Made by a program: the position numbers and the translations under genes. Shown piece after piece: positions 8,287 to 17,502 of a stretch of DNA of 64,000 bases. The stretch is from an uncultured bacterium (lineage in GTDB: Bacteria; Patescibacteriota; Minisyncoccia; Moranbacterales; UBA2206): positions 2,078 to 66,077 of the forward strand of contig CAIKZD010000014.1 in the NCBI GenBank assembly GCA_903831805.1, given 5' to 3'. The notes under the pieces are model-generated. The model did not search any database, was not told the DNA's origin, and saw only the letters and a list, made by a program, of their open reading frames with translations. The first letter of the stretch is position 1, and every line of letters begins with the position of its first letter.

Positions 8287-9306
8287 TCAACAAATCCTCG
8301 GCACCAACTTCCCCCGTGGCACTTCTATGCGGCGCAGTCCGCCGAGTTCAGTTTTAACAAAAACCCCATTGCCGCGAAAAGTCTGGCCGATAACCCTCGC
8401 TTCAGGATTAAATTTTTGCAAAATGCTTAAAACTTTTTTGACATTTTTCGGCGCCACCGAAGCGATAAACCGCCCTTCAGACGCCAAAGAAAAAATATCA
8501 AGTCCCAAAAGTTCTGTCACAGCCACTGTTTCTTTCTTATACGGCAAAGTTTTTTCGTCCAACACCACTTTAACGCACGACTTCTCCGCCATCTCATTCA
8601 AGTTAGCGGACAGTCCGCCGCGCGTCGGGTCTTTACAAGCGTTGAGATATTTTCCCACTTTTTCAATTTCGCGGTGAAGCGGCGTGCAATCGCTTTGAAT
8701 TTTAGTTTTGTAATTAAAGCGCTTAGCCAAAAGTGTCACTGTGTGTTCACCCAAATCGCCGGAAGAAATGACATAGTCACCCGTTTGCATACCGCCATTC
8801 GAAATGATATTTTGCGCGAGACCCACGCCACTGGTAGTGATTTCAATCTTATCTATTTTACCTTTCTCCGTCACTTTCGTGTCGCCTGTCACAATCGGCA
8901 CGCCAGTTTCGCGGGAAACTTGGCCAATGGACGCCATGATTTTTTTCAAATCATTCATCGGAAATCCCTCTTCCAAAACAATACTAAGGCCAATTCCAAT
9001 CGGCCGTGCGCCCATCATCGCCAGATCATTGATCGTCCCACACATCGCAATCTTCCCAATATTCCCGCCCGGAAAGAAAATCGGATCCACAATAAAGGCA
9101 TCGGTCGTGAAGACCAAATTGCCTGCATCCGTAGAGACGCGATTAATCGCGTCTCTACCCAAGCTAAACACCGCCCCATCATCCCCCGTATTTTTCCACT
9201 TCGATTTCACGGTGAAATTCTTCCTGATTTCTGCAATGATTTCGGCCGATTTCTTCCCTCCACCACCGTGCTCGAGAGTCACCTTGTCAGATTGTTTTGT
9301 TGCCAT
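8287..9306 (-). CDS. hypE: hydrogenase maturation carbamoyl dehydratase HypE
   Basis: PurM-like fold signatures and the characteristic C-terminal PRIC. Confidence 0.88.
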   Translation of the reverse strand: MATKQSDKVTLEHGGGGKKSAEIIAEIRKNFTVKSKWKNTGDDGAVFSLGRDAINRVSTDAGNLVFTTDAFIVDPIFFPGGNIGKIAMCGTINDLAMMGARPIGIGLSIVLEEGFPMNDLKKIMASIGQVSRETGVPIVTGDTKVTEKGKIDKIEITTSGVGLAQNIISNGGMQTGDYVISSGDLGEHTVTLLAKRFNYKTKIQSDCTPLHREIEKVGKYLNACKDPTRGGLSANLNEMAEKSCVKVVLDEKTLPYKKETVAVTELLGLDIFSLASEGRFIASVAPKNVKKVLSILQKFNPEARVIGQTFRGNGVFVKTELGGLRRIEVPRGKLVPRIC

Positions 9307-9386
9307 AATGTTTTAAACATTTTTACTTATAGATTTCGGATTTTATTTGAAATTTTTAATTTAATATTTGAAATTTAAAAAGTATA

Positions 9387-10427
9387 TCATTTTAAATATC
9401 TATACCCCACATTACACGCCCCTTCCACCGAAACCATGCACGGCCCGACGGGATTGTCTGGGGTGCAGATTTTGCCAAAGAGCGGACATCTTTTGGATTC
9501 CATCAGACCACGGATGACTTCCCCGCAGCGACAACCGTCTGGATCTTTGGAATGCGAGAAATCTACTTTATCTAAAATATCTTTGTATTTAATTTTAGCA
9601 TCAAACTGCTTATATTTATTTCTGATTTTTAAACCCGATTTCGGAATGATACCAAATCCCCGCCAATCTCCGTCACCAACTTCGAAAACTTCGGCAATTA
9701 TTTTTCGGATTTTTTCATTCCCCGCATCTTTTACCACGCGAGAATATTGGTTGAGCACCTGCGTATCTTTATTTTTTATTTGATTGAGTAGTAATAATAT
9801 TCCCGCCAAAACATCTTCCATTTCAAAGCCAGTGATGACTTGGGGAATTTTCAATTTCGCGTATGGCGCCGTGCCGAGTACCACACTGACGTGTCCCGGG
9901 TCGATAAAACCATCAATCTTAATTTCCCCCATCGCCAGCAGTGCTTCCATGGCCGGCAAAAATATTTTATGCGCTGAATAGACTGTTAGGCCCTGCTGAA
10001 TCCCCCAAGCTGTCATCGGTGTAGTGGTTTCAAAACCCAACCCGAAAAAAACTAACTCCGGAATTTTCTTAGCAAGCTCAACCGCGTCCGTCACTGAATA
10101 GACGTCATATACTTTGGCGCCCTGTTCACGTGCGCCGTCCAAACTGCCGAAATATCCCGGGACGCGAAGCGCATCACCATAAGTCACTACCGGCACGCTA
10201 GCCAACGCCAAATTCACAATCGCATCAATGTCACGCTGCGCCGTCACACACACAGGACAGCCCGGCCCGGTAATGAGTTTTATATTTTTGGGCAAAATCT
10301 CCCGAATCCCAAACCGACTAATCACCTGCGTATGCGTCCCACACACTTCCATCAAATTCACAGGCCGGCCGATTTCTGCCGCCAGTTTTTCTATTTTTCG
10401 AATAAAATTATCCGTCATATCGGCCAA
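9387..10427 (-). CDS. hypD: hydrogenase maturation factor HypD
   Basis: MEVCGTHT, GPGCPVCV and CPLFGKICTPDNPVGPCMVSVEGAC motifs. Confidence 0.88.
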   Translation of the reverse strand: MADMTDNFIRKIEKLAAEIGRPVNLMEVCGTHTQVISRFGIREILPKNIKLITGPGCPVCVTAQRDIDAIVNLALASVPVVTYGDALRVPGYFGSLDGAREQGAKVYDVYSVTDAVELAKKIPELVFFGLGFETTTPMTAWGIQQGLTVYSAHKIFLPAMEALLAMGEIKIDGFIDPGHVSVVLGTAPYAKLKIPQVITGFEMEDVLAGILLLLNQIKNKDTQVLNQYSRVVKDAGNEKIRKIIAEVFEVGDGDWRGFGIIPKSGLKIRNKYKQFDAKIKYKDILDKVDFSHSKDPDGCRCGEVIRGLMESKRCPLFGKICTPDNPVGPCMVSVEGACNVGYRYLK

Positions 10428-10435
10428 GCGGACAG

Positions 10436-10469
10436 TCTGCTGTAATCAGCGGACTGTCCGCGCTCTTTT
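10436..10469 (-). promoter_or_regulatory. Strong hairpin in hypC-hypD intergenic spacer
   Basis: gcggacagtc tgctg taat cagcg gactgtccgc has a 10-bp perfect outer stem and no U-tract. Possible processing or attenuation site. Confidence 0.35.
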
Positions 10470-10486
10470 AAATTTCTCTATTCGCA

Positions 10487-10687
10487 TTATTTCAAATACT
10501 CTTCAATATCCTTAACCACATCATCTTCAATCTTTTCAATCGCAAACCCGGCGTGCACAATCACGAACTCGCCTATTTTGGGCTCGCTCAGCAAAGTTAT
10601 ATTGATTTCTTTTTGCACACCCGAAAAATCAACTGTCGCCAGATGTTCATTAATTTTGATAATTTTTCCTGGAATAGCTAAACACAT
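10487..10687 (-). CDS. hypC: hydrogenase maturation factor HypC
   Basis: MCLAIPGKIIKI N-terminus (Cys2). The ORF-track upstream extension overlaps the 165-bp repeat, so start is taken at MCLAIP. Confidence 0.85.
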   Translation of the reverse strand: MCLAIPGKIIKINEHLATVDFSGVQKEINITLLSEPKIGEFVIVHAGFAIEKIEDDVVKDIEEYLK

Positions 10688-10850
10688 GCCGATTTTGTCT
10701 GCGAGCGTAGCGAGGAGGAACAAAATCGAGCACCCCGCATAAATTCGCTCTCAAAATTATATATTAAACTACAGTTAAGCCGCAGGCGCCTACGCACACA
10801 AATCCCTACATTTTCACCATCTTCATTGGAATTTTGTGCGGGGTTGCTAT
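10685..10850. repeat. About 165-bp structured repeat element, copy A (other copies at 17325-17495 and 33376-33540)
   Basis: catgccgattttgtctgcgagcgtagcgag...aagccgcaggcgcctacgcac...cattggaattttgtgcgggg aligns along its length with copy B. It starts at the hypC start codon and ends at the stop of the [FeFe]-like gene. Confidence 0.7.
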
Positions 10851-10852
10851 TT

Positions 10853-12298
10853 TTAAATTTCCGCTGATTGCCCTCCTCCGCGTTCGCATCCCCTCGGACA
10901 CACCATCACTTCCAGAAAGTCATAATGTTTTTCTCTTTTTAATTCAGCTGATAAGGCGTTCTTGATTTCGAGCACGCCGTTGGCCGCACCGATGGAAAAA
11001 TCACCCTTGATTTTTTTGGCCGTCATGGCGGAGAGGTTGCCATATCCATACGTCGTAGCATACTCGGCGTCCGTCTCATCCAAAAACTTATCCGCCGCGG
11101 AGCCTTTGAAACGGATGTTTTCTGTTTTCTTCTCCCGCGCGATGCGGCCCAGCTCCCGCACCGTGACGATATGATCAATCGCATTACTCTTGAGTTTTTT
11201 TCTGGCGGCGCAAGATGAGATAAGTATCACTCGGATGTTTTTCGGATCGATTTTTTCTCGCTTGGCATATTCCCATTTGACCGCTTCCGCCATCAATTCT
11301 TCCGGCCGTTTTACGTCGATAATATTTTTTATTAATTCCGGAAAATATTTTTGGATATACAGCGCCGCGCTCGGGCAAAAACTGGAGATAAATTTTCGCT
11401 GGCGCACCGGCGTTTTTTTTCTGGCGTGATGCGGATGGATCTCTTCCGCCACAGCTTCGACATATTTCTGGAATCCCCAACTCAGATCGAAAACTTTTTC
11501 GCATCCCAGTGCCCGCAGATTCCCGGCCAAATTTTCCATGTTCTTCACCTCAAGAAGTTCCTGCATCGCGCTTTTCAGGACCACCGGGTCCACGATGGCC
11601 ACTGAAAGAATGTTGGTGTCATCTAAGTCGGTGATGACTTTTTGGATATCGCCCTGGTCGGCCAGCGCGCCGGTCGGGCAATGCGTCACGCAGGCTCCGC
11701 AAAAAATACAATCCAGTGGCTGGTTGTATGGCGTCCCAACCACCACATCTCCTGAGCGATGATTGAAACCATACGAACTGACGGGACAAATGTTGATGCA
11801 ACGCCGACATTCTACGCAATATTGCGAATCACGCTCAATGACCGGATTTTCTCTGTCCACCACCACGCGAGACCAGTTATCCAGCAAAAGTTCATTTTCC
11901 TCGCCACTAGTCATCTCACCTTTTCTTGGCACAAAATGAAAATTCTCTATCTTATATTCTTCCGCCAAAGTTTGCAATTCACAGCGACGGTTTTTTTTGC
12001 ACTGAAAACACTTGCCGGCATGATCCGCCCAAAGCAGTTCCAAATTGATGGCCCGCGCTTTCTGGATGTTTTCATTTTCCGTTTCCACTTTCATCCCATC
12101 AACGGCTTTGGTCGCACAAGAAGTCACCAACCGGCCAGATTTATCAATTTCTACCAAACACAACCGACAAACTGCTTCGCGTTTAAGTTTTCCATGCGAA
12201 CAAAGAGTCGGAATGCGGATCCCCTCGCGCCGACAGACATCCAAGACAGTGTCTTTTTCTTTGGCGCTATATTTTTTTCCATTTATTTTTATTTGCAT
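10853..12298 (-). CDS. [FeFe]-hydrogenase-like catalytic subunit (HydA-like, M3 architecture) with atypical H-cluster motifs
   Basis: NuoG-like N-terminus (2Fe-2S CRLCLVEI; CVECRRCINICP; CIFCGACVTHCP). H-domain motifs are L1 SSFCPSA (canonical TSCCPGW), L2 SSCAARKK (MPCxxKKxE), L3 EVMVCPRGCERGGGQS (ExMACxxGCxxGGGQ). Start taken at MQIKINGKKY (12298), overlapping the nuoF-like stop. Confidence 0.75.
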   Translation of the reverse strand: MQIKINGKKYSAKEKDTVLDVCRREGIRIPTLCSHGKLKREAVCRLCLVEIDKSGRLVTSCATKAVDGMKVETENENIQKARAINLELLWADHAGKCFQCKKNRRCELQTLAEEYKIENFHFVPRKGEMTSGEENELLLDNWSRVVVDRENPVIERDSQYCVECRRCINICPVSSYGFNHRSGDVVVGTPYNQPLDCIFCGACVTHCPTGALADQGDIQKVITDLDDTNILSVAIVDPVVLKSAMQELLEVKNMENLAGNLRALGCEKVFDLSWGFQKYVEAVAEEIHPHHARKKTPVRQRKFISSFCPSAALYIQKYFPELIKNIIDVKRPEELMAEAVKWEYAKREKIDPKNIRVILISSCAARKKLKSNAIDHIVTVRELGRIAREKKTENIRFKGSAADKFLDETDAEYATTYGYGNLSAMTAKKIKGDFSIGAANGVLEIKNALSAELKREKHYDFLEVMVCPRGCERGGGQSAEI

Positions 12299-13536
12299 AA
12301 TATTTTTAATTTTTCCACGGCATCCCCCATCGCCGTCGCCGCAAATCTGCCCAGCGGACAAAAAGTTGTATTTTCCAAAGTCCATAAAATGTCTTTGAGT
12401 GCTTCCCGATCCCGCTCGGAAATTTCTCCGTCCTGCCATCTGCTCACAATTTCATGCAGCCGAAAAGTGCCTTCGCGGCACGGCACGCATTTGCCACACG
12501 ACTCGCGACGGAAAAATTCCGTCCAAGACAAGATTAAATCATAGATATTGGCACTTTTGTCGACAACCAAAATAGATCCTGAGCCGAGGGGAATCGGACA
12601 GTCACGAGAAAATGTGAGCGGCGTATCCAATTCCTTCTCGGTGACAAGATGTCCGGACGCTCCCCCAATTTGCGCAAACCAAAATTCTTTACCCAATGTC
12701 ACGCCGCCGCCGATTTCATCAATCAACTCACGGATGGTTAGGCCAGTCGGCGCTTCCACTACGCCCGGTTTTTTCACACTTCCACCCAAGATGTACAATT
12801 TCATCCCCGGCGAACAGGTGGCCCCGAGCTTGGCATATTTTTTCCCAGAGTTTAAGATTATCCACGGAATATTGGCGATTGTCTCGGCGTTGTTCACGCA
12901 TGTCGGTTTGCCGAAAAGCCCGGTTTCCGTCGGATAGGGCGGTCTAAGTCGCGGTTCGCCGCGACGCCCTTCGATAGAATTAAGGAGGGCCGTTTCTTCA
13001 CCGCAGATATACGCCCCGGCTCCAGAAAAAATTTCAATATCCAAATCATAACTCGAACCCATGATCCCCGGTCCCCAAAAATTTTTCTTCCGCGCTGCTT
13101 CCAATGCCGTTTCTAGAATTTCTTTTTGCTTATGATAATTCCCATTGAGATAGAGATAGGCTTTATGCGCCCCGACGGCTAGTGCGGCAATAATGACCCC
13201 TTCCAAAAGCAAATGCGGATCATTATCCACAATCATGCGGTCCTTATATGTGCCCGGCTCCGATTCTTCCAAATTGCAAATGAAATATTTCTCATGGCTT
13301 GCATTCTCAGCCACTATTTTTAATTTTTCCCCGGTCAAAAATCCCGCCCCACCCCGCCCGGACAACTTGGATTTCACAATTTCAGCAATGGCTGTTTGTG
13401 GCTTCATCTCTGAGACAAACTTTTTGAGCGCGCCGTAACCGCCTACATTTATATAATCAGCAATCTTGAGAGGATTAATATGCCCCCAGTTTTTGGTCAG
13501 TATTTTTTCTGTCTTAGCCATATTTATTAAATCCAA
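12289..13536 (-). CDS. NADH-binding NuoF/HoxF/HydB-like flavoprotein subunit
   Basis: GRGGAGFLTG FMN/NAD site, C-terminal ESCGKCVPCREG 4Fe-4S motif. Length 415 aa. Confidence 0.85.
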   Translation of the reverse strand: MDLINMAKTEKILTKNWGHINPLKIADYINVGGYGALKKFVSEMKPQTAIAEIVKSKLSGRGGAGFLTGEKLKIVAENASHEKYFICNLEESEPGTYKDRMIVDNDPHLLLEGVIIAALAVGAHKAYLYLNGNYHKQKEILETALEAARKKNFWGPGIMGSSYDLDIEIFSGAGAYICGEETALLNSIEGRRGEPRLRPPYPTETGLFGKPTCVNNAETIANIPWIILNSGKKYAKLGATCSPGMKLYILGGSVKKPGVVEAPTGLTIRELIDEIGGGVTLGKEFWFAQIGGASGHLVTEKELDTPLTFSRDCPIPLGSGSILVVDKSANIYDLILSWTEFFRRESCGKCVPCREGTFRLHEIVSRWQDGEISERDREALKDILWTLENTTFCPLGRFAATAMGDAVEKLKILCK

Positions 13537-13539
13537 ATT

Positions 13540-13986
13540 TTACAGATATTCTTCCAACATCTCGTACACACTGCTCACCGTCACTCGCTCATAAACCTTA
13601 CCATTCACCATCACCACCGGGCCCTCGCCACATCTGCCCACACAACTCATCATTTCTAATTTAAATTTCGGATGATTCACGTCCCCCAACTTTATGTGCA
13701 AAATATTTTCTATTTCAGCAATTATTTTTTTGGCATCGCTCAGCGCGCAATGCGTCGAGAAACAAACCCTCACTACGAACGGCGGTTGTTTTTCGGTGTT
13801 TATATTATCATAAAAGCTGGCTGTTTCATAAATCTGCGTTTTGGTGACAGAAAAATAGTCTGCGATTTTTCCAGTCTTTTCTTCATCAACGTAACCAAAA
13901 ACAAGACTAATTTGTCGGATGGCCGGCAGAATATTCTCCGCCCTGGGCGAGAATTCTAAAAGTATTTTTTCTACAGTCAAAGACAT
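13540..13986 (-). CDS. NuoE/HoxE/HydC-like 2Fe-2S thioredoxin-fold subunit
   Basis: VCFSTHCALSDAKK...CVGRCGEGPVVMVNG Cys motif pattern of the NuoE family. Confidence 0.8.
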   Translation of the reverse strand: MSLTVEKILLEFSPRAENILPAIRQISLVFGYVDEEKTGKIADYFSVTKTQIYETASFYDNINTEKQPPFVVRVCFSTHCALSDAKKIIAEIENILHIKLGDVNHPKFKLEMMSCVGRCGEGPVVMVNGKVYERVTVSSVYEMLEEYL

Positions 13987-14048
13987 ATTGGCCTATTAAC
14001 ATTTAAGCATTTTGTTCATATGTTAAAATGCTAAAATGATTGAATGAT

Positions 14049-14909
14049 TTACGCTTTATCCGCGCTGCCAAATAAACCTATCTTTTTCACCACGCTTTTT
14101 TTGACTGCTTCGCGCGCTTGGCCCAAAATCTTTCTCACATCAAAACCCGGGTCATCATCCGAACGAAAAATAGTGCTGAGCGTATTCACGAAGGCCAGCC
14201 GAGTATTGGTATCAATATTAAAACAGCTTACCCCGTGCTTAACCGCCTCAACAGCCTTATCTTCCCAATCCGAAGCACCATGCATCACAATCGGCACCGT
14301 TACCAGACTTCTGATTTTGTCCAATCTTTCCCAATCCGGTGTTTCCCGTTCTTTGAAAAAGTCATGCGCATTGCCAATGGCCACCGCCAAGGCATCGATG
14401 CCGGTCTCCTCTACGAAATATTTCGCCTGTTCCGGATCGGTCATATACTTATCCCAATCCACTTCGCCCATCTTATTTTCACTCAAATACGGCACATTGC
14501 CCAATTCGCCCTGCACGTCCACGCCCAAATCATGACAAAAATCCACCACCTTCTTGGTCACTTCCAAATTATCCTCAAATTTTTTGCGACTGCCGTCATA
14601 CATCACGGATGTAAAACCGTTGTTCACAGTTCGTTGTACAATCTCAAAACTGTGCCCATGGTCCAGATGAATGCCGATGGGAATTTCCGGCGCATAAAAC
14701 TCCGCATAGTTTTTTATCAAATGAAAAATCCCTCGCCCGCCGGCATATTCCAAAGTATTCTCAGACACTTGGATGATAATGGGCGAACGCGCCTCTTTCG
14801 CCGCGTCCACAATGGCCTGTGTGATTTCCATGTTAACCGTATTAAAGGCGCCCACCGCATAACCGCCTTCTTTGGCTTTTTCTAAAATTTCTTTGACTGA
14901 TGTGATCAT
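14049..14909 (-). CDS. fba: class II fructose-1,6-bisphosphate aldolase
   Basis: GAFNTVNME, IHLDHGHS and a 286-aa length match class II FBA. Confidence 0.85.
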   Translation of the reverse strand: MITSVKEILEKAKEGGYAVGAFNTVNMEITQAIVDAAKEARSPIIIQVSENTLEYAGGRGIFHLIKNYAEFYAPEIPIGIHLDHGHSFEIVQRTVNNGFTSVMYDGSRKKFEDNLEVTKKVVDFCHDLGVDVQGELGNVPYLSENKMGEVDWDKYMTDPEQAKYFVEETGIDALAVAIGNAHDFFKERETPDWERLDKIRSLVTVPIVMHGASDWEDKAVEAVKHGVSCFNIDTNTRLAFVNTLSTIFRSDDDPGFDVRKILGQAREAVKKSVVKKIGLFGSADKA

Positions 14910-14913
14910 ATTT

Positions 14914-15675
14914 TTATTGGTTAATTATTTCCGCAATTTTAATAAATTCATAGGGCGCAAGGCTTTCCCGCCCAACCAGTGCTCCATCCATCCCAGAATC
15001 CACACAAATATTTTTAGCGTTCTTAGAATCGACTGATCCCCCATAAATTATTTTTACTTTATCAGCCGTTTTGGCGGAATATTTTTCCACCAAAAATCTT
15101 TTTATCAAAATCCGCGCGCTCATCACACCATCGGTTGTCGGCAGATGATCGGGGTTATTAGCGCTGATGGCCCAAACCGGTTCATAGCAGATCACGACGT
15201 TTTCGATCCGCGCCGCCCCCACTTCCTTCAAACAATTTTTGAGCTGACTCATAATCGTCGCTGAGCCGTTTCCCTGTTTCTCTTTCTCGCCGACGCAAAG
15301 AAGCGGCCGCAGACCGGTCTTCAATGCCGCCATAACCTTGAGACCGATTTCCTCATCATTTTCACCGAAGTATCGTCTCCTTTCGCTGTGGCCCAAGATC
15401 ACCCACTCCGCCCCGAAATTCCGAACCATATCAGGCGAAATTTCCCCGGTGTATGATCCGTTCCGCTCCCAAAACATATTCTGCACCCCCAGGAAAACTT
15501 TTTTGCTTTTCAATTTTTTGAACGCTTCCAAATGTATGGCCGGCGGACAAAGTACAATGCTAGTTCTGCTCAACTTTTTTCCAGCCAGTTCTTTTTTGAA
15601 CAGCTTGAAATATTGTTCGCGTTCCAACGGACTTAAGATATTCATCTTCAAATTTCCCACCACTAATTTTTCCAT
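14914..15675 (-). CDS. tpiA: triosephosphate isomerase
   Basis: VVGNLKMN, VILGHSERR and ICYEPVWAI(S) motifs. Confidence 0.9.
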   Translation of the reverse strand: MEKLVVGNLKMNILSPLEREQYFKLFKKELAGKKLSRTSIVLCPPAIHLEAFKKLKSKKVFLGVQNMFWERNGSYTGEISPDMVRNFGAEWVILGHSERRRYFGENDEEIGLKVMAALKTGLRPLLCVGEKEKQGNGSATIMSQLKNCLKEVGAARIENVVICYEPVWAISANNPDHLPTTDGVMSARILIKRFLVEKYSAKTADKVKIIYGGSVDSKNAKNICVDSGMDGALVGRESLAPYEFIKIAEIINQ

Positions 15676-15682
15676 ATTTTTA

Positions 15683-16162
15683 TTAAAGATATAATGTTAC
15701 AGCAAGGACAATCGCCCCGGAAACCATCGTGCCCGCCAAAAGAAGCGGCAATGATTTTTTCAGCGGCACATTAAAAATAAAAGCGGCTAGGGCGCCAGTC
15801 ATTCCCCCGATAAACGGGATGGGCGAAGCCGCTAGAATGAAGATTGCCCACGTACCATATTTTTGCATATGTTGGTCAGTTTTTTTGCGCGTATGTTCAA
15901 ACAGCCACGTAAAAAATTTTTCCAATAATTTTATATGCTTCGACAATATTTTCGCAATCGGATCAAGAGCGAGAACAATCACTACCATAGTGAAAAAAGT
16001 GCCGAGCACTGAATAGAACCAAGACCAAAAAGCACTGAGGCCATACAGCCTATACGCCAAAGGCAATGCCACGCGCAACTCCGTCACCGGGACAGCCCCG
16101 ATCAAAAAAGTCGCCAGTCCTTTCGGGAAATGAGAAAAATAGGAAATGATTATTTGATGCAT
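15683..16162 (-). CDS. small polytopic membrane protein (COG2426-like putative small exporter)
   Basis: Four predicted TM helices, 159 aa, no catalytic motif. Confidence 0.45.
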   Translation of the reverse strand: MHQIIISYFSHFPKGLATFLIGAVPVTELRVALPLAYRLYGLSAFWSWFYSVLGTFFTMVVIVLALDPIAKILSKHIKLLEKFFTWLFEHTRKKTDQHMQKYGTWAIFILAASPIPFIGGMTGALAAFIFNVPLKKSLPLLLAGTMVSGAIVLAVTLYL

Positions 16163-16185
16163 AACTATGTAAGATTTCAGATTGA

Positions 16186-17271
16186 TTAAATGTTTCGCAG
16201 GAACTCCGCCGCTTCTTCCGGGCGCATCGTAATGATCTCGATCCCGGTGGAAATCTCAAAGCCCGCCCAGATGTTCAGTTTTGGCACAATTTCAATATGC
16301 CAATGAAAATGCGGGTAGTCCTTCCCGTCACAAGGAGATGTGTGGATATAGAAATTGAAATCAGGATTGTTCAGGCCTGCGCTAAGTCGGCGCACCGCCT
16401 CATGCAAGGCTTCCCCCGCGGAAATTTTTTCCGCCACACTGATACGTTCGAAATAGGGCTTATGCTTTTTCGGCATGACCCACATTTCAAAATTAGCGCG
16501 CGACGCAAATGGGCAAAAAACCATAAAATCATCATTCTCGAAAACCACTCGTTCGCCCTTCTCTTTCTCCCATTCGAGCATAGCGCAATAAACGCAATGC
16601 CTATTCTGCTGATGATATCTCTCCGCGCCGTCCAGCTCGGACGCAACATACGGAGACACGACCGGAATGGCCATCAGTTGCGAATGCGGATGAGGGATGG
16701 AAGCACCGGCACTTTTTCCATGATTGTGAAAGATGTCGATATAATTCACTGATTTTTTGTTCATCAGGTCGACATAGCGCGATTGATAAGCATCCAAAAT
16801 TTCCGCCACCGCCATTGGCTCCAACTGCCCGATATGTTTCGCATGGTCGCGCGTCACAATCACCTCATGATAGCCCACTGAGTCCATCCAAAAATATGGT
16901 CCCTCTTCTTTGTGTCTCATCACTCCGCCTTTCGGATTAGTGAAAGCTGGAAATTTATTGGGAAAAACTCGTAAACTCCACTCGCCGGAAGACGTTTCAT
17001 AAATCAAAACGTCTTTTTCCTGGCCGCTCGCCACCGGATCGCAGAACAGACATGACTGATCATGAACGATCTCAGTATCGTCTTCTTTTTTGATAAACTC
17101 ATCCGGTCGACGGCCACGGATCGCCGAAACCACCACCCAATCTCCCGTCACTAAATCTTGGCGCAGCTCGCTTATCCTGTTTATTTCTTTTATTTTTTCC
17201 GGCTCTTTGGTTTTTTCAGATTCACTCTCGCTCTTTATAACTTTGATTTTTATTTTTTCTTCTTCTTCCAT
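16186..17271 (-). CDS. galT: galactose-1-phosphate uridylyltransferase
   Basis: CLFCDP zinc site and the HPHSQ (HxHxQ) active-site motif, with a lysine/glutamate-rich N-terminal extension. Confidence 0.85.
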   Translation of the reverse strand: MEEEEKIKIKVIKSESESEKTKEPEKIKEINRISELRQDLVTGDWVVVSAIRGRRPDEFIKKEDDTEIVHDQSCLFCDPVASGQEKDVLIYETSSGEWSLRVFPNKFPAFTNPKGGVMRHKEEGPYFWMDSVGYHEVIVTRDHAKHIGQLEPMAVAEILDAYQSRYVDLMNKKSVNYIDIFHNHGKSAGASIPHPHSQLMAIPVVSPYVASELDGAERYHQQNRHCVYCAMLEWEKEKGERVVFENDDFMVFCPFASRANFEMWVMPKKHKPYFERISVAEKISAGEALHEAVRRLSAGLNNPDFNFYIHTSPCDGKDYPHFHWHIEIVPKLNIWAGFEISTGIEIITMRPEEAAEFLRNI

Positions 17272-17324
17272 TTTTGTCCGCGAGTTTGTTTTATACAGTT
17301 TTTTACTTTATAAAACAACTTTTT

Positions 17325-17495
17325 TTATTTTTTATCAAATTTTATTCATCATGAGCGAGTGGAAACAAAAATGAGAACCCCGCGCCAATTCGTCATGAAT
17401 ATTTTTTATTTTTAAGAAAATGAGTCGCAGGCGGCCGCGTCTACAAATCCCAATACTACATAAAATTATCCTTGGAATTGGCGCGGGGCATGACC
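17325..17495. repeat. About 165-bp structured repeat element, divergent copy C
   Basis: ...catgagcgagtggaaacaaaaatgagaaccccgcgccaattcg...gagtcgcaggcggccgcgtctacaaatccc...ccttggaattggcgcgggg aligns to copies A and B. It has a perfect 14-bp long-range inverted repeat ccccgcgccaattc/gaattggcgcgggg and lies between the GT2 stop and galT start. Confidence 0.6.
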
Positions 17496-17502
17496 ACAAT
17501 AT

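Noticed and set aside
8674-9378. 234-aa + strand ORF antisense to hypE
   Set aside because: HypE on the minus strand has unambiguous motifs including C-terminal PRIC. The + frame has no recognisable features.
10853-12298. Alternative call of this gene as a NuoG/HoxU-type diaphorase subunit or formate-dehydrogenase-like protein
   Set aside because: The C-terminal 240 aa align to the [FeFe] H-domain (L2-like SSCAARKK, L3 EVMVCPRGCERGGGQ, IDHIVTVRELGRIA) rather than to molybdopterin or HoxU folds.
11759-12544. 261-aa + strand ORF
   Set aside because: Antisense to the [FeFe]-hydrogenase-like and NuoF-like genes, low-complexity, no motifs. Shadow ORF.
14118-14885. 255-aa + strand ORF
   Set aside because: Fully antisense to the well-supported class II aldolase gene. 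His/Ile-rich junk translation.
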